DNA of 64,000 nucleotides, taken from assembly GCA_965248925.1 (NCBI GenBank), contig CBDFLE010000006.1:4288001-4352000 (forward strand), in the 5' to 3' direction. The DNA comes from Candidatus Multivoradales bacterium. Lineage in GTDB: Bacteria > Acidobacteriota > Thermoanaerobaculia > Multivoradales > J023. The notes under the pieces are model-generated. The model had not been told where the DNA came from. It was given only the letters and a program-made list of their open reading frames with translations, and did not search any database. Shown piece by piece: positions 56,820 through 64,000 of the stretch (position 1 is the first letter of the stretch; each line of letters opens with the position of its first letter). A program made the position numbers and the translations under genes.

Positions 56820-58826
56820 TCAGTGAGGGCAGAGGTCTTGCCAGCTGATTTGTGAGTTCTGCGGCTGGTTTTGGCTCGCTGGCTCGGTGGAGGGTTCCGG
56901 CGTTTTCTGGAACCACGTTTCCTGGAATCCTGCGAGTTGGCGGCGGGCGAGAGAGAGGTCGGGGCTGATGCTGAGGGCTTTGCGGTAGGCCTTTTCCGCC
57001 GTGCTGTGGTCGCCCATGGCTAGCAGGGCATCGCCCAGGGATGCGGCCAGAGCAGCGCGGATCTTGGTGCCGCTACGGTTTAGTTGCGGGACTTCTTGGC
57101 ACAGCAGCCGAGCGGTCAAGGCGGCGTCTTGGGCGATCAAGGGGGCGACGAGTTGGCGTGCCCGAGTCGGGGTTAGCCGGCCCTGCCGCTGATAAACCTC
57201 GATCGGCCATCGCCCGATCAGCGGATAGGAGGCGATCTTGCGAAACTGGCGCTCGAACACCGCCCGCCCGTCGCCTTGGCGGAAGCCAAACATCAAGGCG
57301 CGGCTGCCGAGACCTTGGTGGGCGCGACCCTGGATCATCGAAACTATGAAGTCCGACTGCATCAGGGTCTTGATCACCTGCAGAGGAGCTTCGTAGATCA
57401 GCTGCTCATGGTGCGGTCGACTGAGGTAGGCGAAGGGTCGCGGTGACAAGATCTTGCTGCTGGAGATAAAGCCCACATGCGGTTTGCCTGGGCCACCGCT
57501 ATGCGCGCGACGGACCAACTGAACGATCTCTAGGGCTCGCCAATCGAGAGGGTCAGGCGGTGCGCTGACGCCGGCTAAGATTCGCTGCGAAAGGGTCGGT
57601 GGTTGCTGCCGTGGCTGCCAAGCAGCTTGCCAGCAGATAAGCAGACTACCGAGGACTAGCAGGGAGGTGAAAATCCTGCGGCTACGGCGGTTCTCGAACT
57701 GCTGCACCCAGGCTGCCGCGATCAGTGCCAATAGGGGGTAGGTGGGCACAAAGTAGTAGAAGTTCTTGACCGCCTGAAGCGATAGCAGGAGGGTCGAGCT
57801 GACGCAGCAAGCAGCTAGGAGCAGTACCGCCGATTGGCGTTTGACGATCCCCACCACTAGGCCGATGGCAACGGCTGTCGCCAAGAAGAGGGAAGCGTCC
57901 TGGTGGAAATGCTCGACATACCAGAAGATCGACTGACGGTCGGCCCAGCGCTGTGAGTAGGTGGCTTGAATCTGCTGCGCGAAGCTCAGCGTCTGGCCCA
58001 GTACGCTGAAGTAGAAGGCGCCAGCCAGGGTTACCGTAAGGGCGATCGCGGGTAGCATTCGCCGAAAGATTCGTTGTTTCAGATTGCGCCAGAGGACGGC
58101 TCGGGCGGGCTCGCTGCGGCTGGGATCGGCGAGTCCGTCGCCGAGGGCCAGCAGGCAGACCAGGGCGCAGGGGGCGAATAGAAAGATCGCCGGATAGACC
58201 GATCGCATCAGCAGCCCGTAGCCGAGGATCAGGCCGAAGAGCAGGGAAAAATCGAGTCGGCGCAAGCGATCCGTTTTGAAGATGGCGTAGGTGCCGAGGG
58301 TGGTGATCGCCACCACTCCAAAATGGGGCCAGAAGATCCTCGCCAACACGCCGACATGGGGGGCAGTGGTAGCCAGCAGCATGCCCAGCAGTGCTGTCCG
58401 CCGGTCGAAAAGCAGCTGGCCGAGGGCATATGTCGAGAAGACCAGCATTGCCAGGTAAATGGAGTTGACCCCCAAAATAGCGACGTCGCCACGGGTGCCA
58501 AAAGCGGCATAGAACGGTGTTGCCAGGCCAACAAAGAAGAAGGTTGGCCGCACACCGAGACGCTGGAAGTAGGTTTCCCGCAGGGTCACTCGACTCGGCG
58601 AGCGCAACATCTCGTAAGTGTCCAGACTCTTGCTCAAGTAGGAGGCTTCGTCCCACAGCGGATTCAGATGGTCGGCTCTCAGCCAGTAGGCGTTGTGGAG
58701 AATTGAGCCGAGGAGTAGGAGCAAGGCGCCGGCAAGGTGCCCGCCTCGCGGCAGGTCACCAACTAGCTCGCCGAATAGGCGCCGCCACGCTGAGGAGGAT
58801 TCGGCGGCTGAGTTCAGTGCTTGCAT
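56820..58826 (-). CDS. ArnT/GT39-like polytopic glycosyltransferase with C-terminal TPR
   Basis: WDEA.YL after TM1, STYALG..LF, many TM helices, final TPR. Confidence 0.7.
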   Translation of the reverse strand: MQALNSAAESSSAWRRLFGELVGDLPRGGHLAGALLLLLGSILHNAYWLRADHLNPLWDEASYLSKSLDTYEMLRSPSRVTLRETYFQRLGVRPTFFFVGLATPFYAAFGTRGDVAILGVNSIYLAMLVFSTYALGQLLFDRRTALLGMLLATTAPHVGVLARIFWPHFGVVAITTLGTYAIFKTDRLRRLDFSLLFGLILGYGLLMRSVYPAIFLFAPCALVCLLALGDGLADPSRSEPARAVLWRNLKQRIFRRMLPAIALTVTLAGAFYFSVLGQTLSFAQQIQATYSQRWADRQSIFWYVEHFHQDASLFLATAVAIGLVVGIVKRQSAVLLLAACCVSSTLLLSLQAVKNFYYFVPTYPLLALIAAAWVQQFENRRSRRIFTSLLVLGSLLICWQAAWQPRQQPPTLSQRILAGVSAPPDPLDWRALEIVQLVRRAHSGGPGKPHVGFISSSKILSPRPFAYLSRPHHEQLIYEAPLQVIKTLMQSDFIVSMIQGRAHQGLGSRALMFGFRQGDGRAVFERQFRKIASYPLIGRWPIEVYQRQGRLTPTRARQLVAPLIAQDAALTARLLCQEVPQLNRSGTKIRAALAASLGDALLAMGDHSTAEKAYRKALSISPDLSLARRQLAGFQETWFQKTPEPSTEPASQNQPQNSQISWQDLCPH

Positions 58827-58942
58827 GGGAGCGTAATTCCGACCGACGCCGCGGTGGGGAAGAACGCCGCGCCGTGCTTCGTTGATAGTGTCGCGGGAAG
58901 AATAACCTACGTCGGACTGATCTCTGACGCCGAGGAGCCTCT

Positions 58943-60490
58943 GTGCTGAGACGATGTAGTAGGACACTTCGAGAACTGGCGCGCCGAGAGTGGGTTGGGG
59001 GGCTGAGCGGACTGCCGGCGGCGCTACTGTTGCCGCTGGCGCTGCCGTTAACTTTAGCTATGCTCGGTGGCTGTCAGCAACCGCCGGCAGAGGGCGAGCC
59101 CGGCGGCGAGGTCGTGAGTCTACCCGCCAAGTCCCACAACGTCGTCATCATGCTGATTGATACGCTGCGCGCCGATCGTTTGGGAGTTTACGGCTACGAG
59201 CACCCGACTTCCCCCAACATCGACCGCTTGGCGGCCGAGTCGGTGCTTTTCGAGCGAGCCCACGCAGCGGCGCCTTGGACCTTGCCCTCGGTGACTTCGC
59301 TGATGCTTTCACAACCGCTGTGCGAACACGGGGTGGTCTATGATCGTCAGACCTTGCAGCCCGCGGCGCGGCCGCTAGCCTTGCGGCTTAACGAATTCGG
59401 CTACCGGACCGCGGCTCTCTTCGTCAATCCCTATGCCGGCAAGCTCAGTGGGTTGGATTTGGGATTCGAGACTAGCCGGCTCGAAAGCCGGCAAAACGAT
59501 GGGGCGCGAGTGGCCGAGTGGTTGGCCGAGTCGACCGGCGAACGGCCCTTCTTCCTCTACCTCCACAACACCGAGCCACACAATCCGCCGGCAGCCAAAA
59601 GGCGTTTCCTCGATGCCCTGGGCTATCGCATCGATCAGCAAGAGCGGCAGGAGCTGGCTAGCTTGATTCGCCGCTATCGGCAGCTGACCCGAATCGACTT
59701 CGTTCGCGGCCAAGTTCTGGGAACCACCGATAACACGGTCGAGCAGCAGCGGGCCTTGGCCCGTCTCGACCAGTTGCGGCCGCTTCACGAGCAGCTTTAC
59801 GATGCCCAAGTGATGGCCGCTGATGAGCGCGTCGGCAGTGTCGTCGAGACCCTTCGAGACCACGGCCTGTGGCGGGACACGCTGTTTATTCTGTTGGCGG
59901 ACCATGGCGAAGAGATGGCTGACCACGGGGGTTGGCAGCACGACCAATCGGTCTACGAGGAGCTGATCCATGTGCCGTTGCTGGTCAAGCTCCCCGGGGG
60001 GTCGCACGCTGGTGAGCGGGTTGGCGCGCGGGTCAGCTTGCTCGATGTTCTGCCCACCGTGATGGCGGTTCTTGGACGCTCCGACTTGGCTCAGAACAGC
60101 CGCGGTAGGAGCCTGCTGGCGTTGCTCGGCGACGGCGAAACCACTGCCGAATACAGCGGCATGCGGGTCACCAGTCTGCGGCACAACGCCAAGAAGTACT
60201 ACCGGCCCTGGTTCGAGCAGCGTGGAGATGTCAATGTGGTGGTGGTCGACGAACCTTGGAAGGGAATCTACAACGCCGAGGTGCCGTCCTTCGAACTCTA
60301 CGATCTATCTCGCGATCCCGGCGAGCAGAACGATCTCAGCAGTCGTTTGCGGCGCCGTACCCGAGCCATGTTGCGCTGGGCCGAGGAGTATCGACAGAGT
60401 TGCTTGGCTCTGAGCCTCAATGCCCCGCCCTCGGCGGTGGTCGAGGCTGATCAGTTGCGGGCGCTCAAGGCTCTGGGCTACGTCAACTGA
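58943..60490 (+). CDS. Sulfatase/alkaline-phosphatase superfamily protein (start uncertain)
   Basis: IDTLRAD, TSPNID.LA, PWTLPS, RPFFLYLH, ADHGE, HVPL, ELYDL..DPGE. Confidence 0.9.
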   Translation: MLRRCSRTLRELARREWVGGLSGLPAALLLPLALPLTLAMLGGCQQPPAEGEPGGEVVSLPAKSHNVVIMLIDTLRADRLGVYGYEHPTSPNIDRLAAESVLFERAHAAAPWTLPSVTSLMLSQPLCEHGVVYDRQTLQPAARPLALRLNEFGYRTAALFVNPYAGKLSGLDLGFETSRLESRQNDGARVAEWLAESTGERPFFLYLHNTEPHNPPAAKRRFLDALGYRIDQQERQELASLIRRYRQLTRIDFVRGQVLGTTDNTVEQQRALARLDQLRPLHEQLYDAQVMAADERVGSVVETLRDHGLWRDTLFILLADHGEEMADHGGWQHDQSVYEELIHVPLLVKLPGGSHAGERVGARVSLLDVLPTVMAVLGRSDLAQNSRGRSLLALLGDGETTAEYSGMRVTSLRHNAKKYYRPWFEQRGDVNVVVVDEPWKGIYNAEVPSFELYDLSRDPGEQNDLSSRLRRRTRAMLRWAEEYRQSCLALSLNAPPSAVVEADQLRALKALGYVN

Positions 60491-60715
60491 GCGGCCCTCG
60501 CCCGGCGGTTGAGGCCTCGATTTGAGGCTGGACAAGAGATAGCCAGAATGGCATACTAGCGTACGAGCGTTATTCAGCCCGCCTCGGCACATCGAGACGG
60601 AGCCGCAAATGGCGTTTCGCCACGCAAAACGCCTATCGCTTCTCAGAACAGCAGACGTTCAAGACAGAAGACGCTACAGGCTAATCAGAGACCCAGCGAC
60701 TTGGAGGAATTTGAA

Positions 60716-61357
60716 GTGAAGACTTTGCACCGCCCCTCGACCCTCGTGATTGGCCTGCTGATGGCCTTTGTGGCCGTTGCGGCCTTCGGTCAGAACACCC
60801 TTGCCGTCACTGGAGCCGCAGCGCTCAACGGCACCAATTTTGGCCTCGAAGTAATCCTCGACGGCTCGACCAACAATGTCTTCGTGCGCGATGACTCGCC
60901 GGCTGACGAAAGCGTCTACCGGGCCATCTTCTGGCTCGATCCGAATGCGCTGACCATGAACGCATTCGACCGTACCGCGGTGATCAGCGGCCGTAGCGCC
61001 GGCAACCTTGAGATCATCCGCTTGCAGTTGCAGCACAATGGCTTCAGCTACCGGGTGCGCGCCGCTTGCCTGAACAACGCGGGAGTCTTCAAATTCGCCC
61101 GCGTCAACGGCAACGCCCAGAAGTACATCGTCATTGGCGACAACTCGACCGAGGTTACGCTGGAGACCGTCTTCGACAACAGCAACTTGGGCAGCTGCGA
61201 GCTCAGCGCCAATGGCCAGACGATCTTCAACAACGGCTACCAGGCCGGCAGCTACGCGGTCACCAGCATCCGCTTCGGCACCAAGAACCCGAACCCGACG
61301 ATGAGTGGCACTTACTATTTGGACGAGTTCTCGTCCTTCCGCACTCTGGCTCCGTAA
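60716..61357 (+). CDS. Secreted hypothetical protein
   Basis: GGAGG then GTG, signal peptide, beta-rich body, strong codon bias. Confidence 0.8.
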   Translation: MKTLHRPSTLVIGLLMAFVAVAAFGQNTLAVTGAAALNGTNFGLEVILDGSTNNVFVRDDSPADESVYRAIFWLDPNALTMNAFDRTAVISGRSAGNLEIIRLQLQHNGFSYRVRAACLNNAGVFKFARVNGNAQKYIVIGDNSTEVTLETVFDNSNLGSCELSANGQTIFNNGYQAGSYAVTSIRFGTKNPNPTMSGTYYLDEFSSFRTLAP

Positions 61358-61393
61358 GAGTGGCCCTGTAAGCGGTTTTTCTAGATCGCTGAT

Positions 61394-61430
61394 CGAAAGC
61401 CCGGTTTCCTCACGGATGACCGGGCTTTCG
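61394..61430. terminator. Hairpin terminator between convergent genes
   Basis: CGAAAGCCCGGT...ACCGGGCTTTCG, 12-bp stem. Confidence 0.7.
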
Positions 61431-61486
61431 TGCGTTTGCGGGAGGCTCGGGCCCGGGCCCGGGCCCGAAGCGGCTGGCGATCGGGG

Positions 61487-62809
61487 CTAGCGGCCGGCAC
61501 ACTGAAGAACCCAGCTGGCTAGCACCTCGTTCTCCTCGATGTCGGGATGGACGATCGCCGAGTGCCCGTCCACCACCGCTAGTTGCAGGCCGTTGCGTAG
61601 ATCTTGCAGCAGACTGTCGAAGAGATCGAAGTCCGCGGTCTGCCGCGGGTCGCGATACACCCGAGGGATGCAGTCGAGCAGCGCTCGGGTAGCCTCGGCC
61701 GGGCCGCCGTGGATGGCGCAGAAGGCTAGCAACATCAGCAGATAGGGCATTGCCGCCAGGCCGTGGGTGCGCGAGGCTTGGCGCGGTCGCTCACGAGGCA
61801 TGTTGGTTTCGGCATAGTAGAAGTAGTCGCTGTCGAGCAAGCGTCGGTACTTGGCCAGGCCGGTGGCGATGTCGTCGTGCTCGTCATAATCGGCATGGCG
61901 AATGCTGCCGCCCTGGTCGATGGCGATGTCGATCACCGCCGCGCCGCGGCGCATGCGGCGGATATGATGATCGAAGTCGCAGACCTTCTCGGCGGCACTG
62001 GCGCCGCTGCGGTGGGCGAAAACGATGCCGATGGCGTCGTCGATCGCCTCCTCCGTGAGTTCGGTGGCGAAGGTCACTCGCGAATAACCGAGTTTCTCGA
62101 GTTCGCCCGCGAGGCGCTCGGTGGCGGCTTGGAAGCACTCCACAACCACCAATTCGGTCTCTTTGGGCAGCTCGCGGATGGCGGCGAAACCGGCTATGCC
62201 GCCGCCGACTACCACCACTCGACCACTGCCCAAGCCGTTCTTTGTCACTCCTTCGAGCAATTTCTCGCCCGCTACCGAACCAGCGAAGCGGGACATGCTG
62301 GCGACGATGGGGGTGCGGTCGATGTCGTTCGACAAGTAGGCGCAGCCGCCGACCGTGCCGCCGTCGAGAATGGCGCTGAAGTTGCGCCGTCGTAGCAGCT
62401 GGCACACCGCTGGCGGTTTGCTGGCCAAGTGCAGAGCTCCGAGACGCAGAAATGGCCCCGGTAGCTCGGCTTCCCAGCCGGTGGGTTCTTTGAGGGCATG
62501 GACCAGATCGAAGGGGCCGTGCTCGGCCAACTGATCGAGCTCAAGAACTTGGGCGCGAGCGTCGCGGTATTCCTGGTCGCTGGCCCTGGCCCGCTCGCCG
62601 GCTCCGGCGACGACGTAGAGCTTCGGTTGCAGGCCAGTGCTCTCCAGGTCCAGGCGCAGGCGGTGGATGTGCGACGGAGTCAGGGCGACCCGGGTTTCGT
62701 GGCCGATGTGTTCGTCGGTGCCGAGCAGCATGCTGACCCGTGGTCGGGCCCACTGGTGGTGGGCTAGCCGCTGCACCAAGGCGGTCTGTAGTTGATCGAT
62801 GGTTGACAT
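61487..62809 (-). CDS. Alanine dehydrogenase/PNT-like protein (divergent)
   Basis: ETRVALTP, GAG, LKEP, MS.FAG, VVVGGGIAG, IDIAIDQGG, NMP. Confidence 0.7.
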   Translation of the reverse strand: MSTIDQLQTALVQRLAHHQWARPRVSMLLGTDEHIGHETRVALTPSHIHRLRLDLESTGLQPKLYVVAGAGERARASDQEYRDARAQVLELDQLAEHGPFDLVHALKEPTGWEAELPGPFLRLGALHLASKPPAVCQLLRRRNFSAILDGGTVGGCAYLSNDIDRTPIVASMSRFAGSVAGEKLLEGVTKNGLGSGRVVVVGGGIAGFAAIRELPKETELVVVECFQAATERLAGELEKLGYSRVTFATELTEEAIDDAIGIVFAHRSGASAAEKVCDFDHHIRRMRRGAAVIDIAIDQGGSIRHADYDEHDDIATGLAKYRRLLDSDYFYYAETNMPRERPRQASRTHGLAAMPYLLMLLAFCAIHGGPAEATRALLDCIPRVYRDPRQTADFDLFDSLLQDLRNGLQLAVVDGHSAIVHPDIEENEVLASWVLQCAGR

Positions 62810-62813
62810 CGGG

Positions 62814-64000
62814 CTAGTCCTCCTGGCGAGTTACCAGGTGGTATTTCTTCTGTCCGCGGCGAATAATGAGGACCCGGCCGCCGAGGAAGTCGTCGCCTGA
62901 TACTTGGTTCTTGGCGCTGTCGACGCGGTGGTTGTTGAGGTAGATCCCGCCATCGCGCAACAGCCTCTTGGCGGCGCCTTTAGAGTCGGTGACGCCGCAG
63001 CGGACTAGTAAGTCCGGGATCGGCAAGCCTCCTTCGAGGTCACTGCTGGTCAGGCTGCTCGAGGGGACGTCTTCGAAGATATCGAGGATCTCACTCACTT
63101 CGAGGGAGTCAATGGCTTCACCGAAGAGGATTCGCGCCGACGCTTCAGCCCGTTCCAAGGCGGTTGGGCCGTGGACTCGCTCGGTGATGTCGGCGGCCAG
63201 CCGGCGCTGTGCGGCACGAGCGCTGGGGTTGTCGCTCAGCTGCTGTTCGAGATCGCCGATCTCGTCTTGGTCGAGGTAGGTGAAGCTCTTCAGGTAGTTC
63301 ACCACGTCGCTATCGCTGGTGTTGAGCCAGAACTGATAGAAGCGGTAGGGGGAGGTTCGGGCGGCGTCGAGCCAAATAGCGCCGGCTTCGGTCTTGCCAA
63401 ACTTCTGCCCGCTCGAAGTGGTGACCAGGGGGCATACCAGACCGTGGGCGCGGCGCCGTTCGACGCGGCGGATCAGCTCGGTGCCAGCGGTGATGTTGCC
63501 CCATTGATCACTGCCGCCCATTTGCAAAGTGCAACCGTAGCGGCGGTTGAGCTCGAGGAAATCGTAAGACTGGAGCAAGAGATAGCTAAACTCGGTAAAG
63601 GAGATGCCCTCTTCCTGCGCCAGCCGGCGGCTGACAGACTCCTTGGCCAGCATGTAGTTGACGGTGAAGTGCTTGCCAATATCGCGTAGGAAGTCGATCG
63701 TCGGGATGGTGGTGAGCCACTCCGCGTTGTCGATGATCCGTGCCGGATTGGACGGGGATTCGAAATCTAGGATCTGGCTCAGCTGTTGGCGAATACCCAC
63801 CAGGTTCTGCGCCACTTTCTCGGCGGTCAGCATGTCGCGTTCAGTGGATTTACCACTCGGGTCGCCGATCAAGCCGGTGCCACCACCGACCACCGCGATC
63901 GGACTGTGGCCGGCTCGCTGCATGCGCGCCATGTTCATGATCTGCAGCAGATTGCCGACATGCAGACTGGCTGCGGTGGGGTCGAAACCGATGTAGAGGG
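62814..64000 (-). CDS. tyrS: Tyrosine--tRNA ligase (5' end outside window)
   Basis: YIGFDPTA.SLHVGN, GDPSGK, EFSY.LLQ.YDF, QMGGSDQWGNI, KFGKT, C-terminal S4 domain. Confidence 0.97.
   Translation of the reverse strand, partial: LYIGFDPTAASLHVGNLLQIMNMARMQRAGHSPIAVVGGGTGLIGDPSGKSTERDMLTAEKVAQNLVGIRQQLSQILDFESPSNPARIIDNAEWLTTIPTIDFLRDIGKHFTVNYMLAKESVSRRLAQEEGISFTEFSYLLLQSYDFLELNRRYGCTLQMGGSDQWGNITAGTELIRRVERRRAHGLVCPLVTTSSGQKFGKTEAGAIWLDAARTSPYRFYQFWLNTSDSDVVNYLKSFTYLDQDEIGDLEQQLSDNPSARAAQRRLAADITERVHGPTALERAEASARILFGEAIDSLEVSEILDIFEDVPSSSLTSSDLEGGLPIPDLLVRCGVTDSKGAAKRLLRDGGIYLNNHRVDSAKNQVSGDDFLGGRVLIIRRGQKKYHLVTRQED

Noticed and set aside
61447-61468. 22-bp palindrome built from GGGCCC x3
   Set aside because: Low-complexity GC run beside a terminator, single occurrence

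Overview
GC-rich bacterial window. Gene content (ECF43-type sigma/Ser-Thr kinase pairs, a MacAB-like exporter with a sigma54 two-component system, many secreted beta-propeller and beta-helix proteins) suggests Acidobacteriota; this is inference only. In order it holds: a 5'-truncated RHS protein, a PI-PLC-like gene, a RAYT/Y1 HUH transposase, a sigma54 RR/HK operon, an FHA-sigma54 activator, a tolC split by a head-to-tail dimer of a 2531-bp DDE-type IS (ACT-IS-ACT-IS-ACT), an amidohydrolase, an atypical LytTR regulator, two ECF/kinase modules, a GcvT-like gene with two phytoene-dehydrogenase-like oxidoreductases, tandem dodecins, an MFP with two ABC ATPases, an MbnH-like di-heme protein, a BNR protein with Cys-rich GDCD repeats, a sulfatase-like protein, an AlaDH-like protein and partial tyrS. 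The most striking unexplained signal is the ~1.2-kb gap at 10580-11780, downstream of the FHA-sigma54 activator. It holds two duplicated sigma54 promoter cassettes (-24/-12 box plus palindromic enhancer sites) that appear to drive three homologous long RNA hairpins with covarying stems and unrelated loops. This is a candidate sigma54-dependent ncRNA array.
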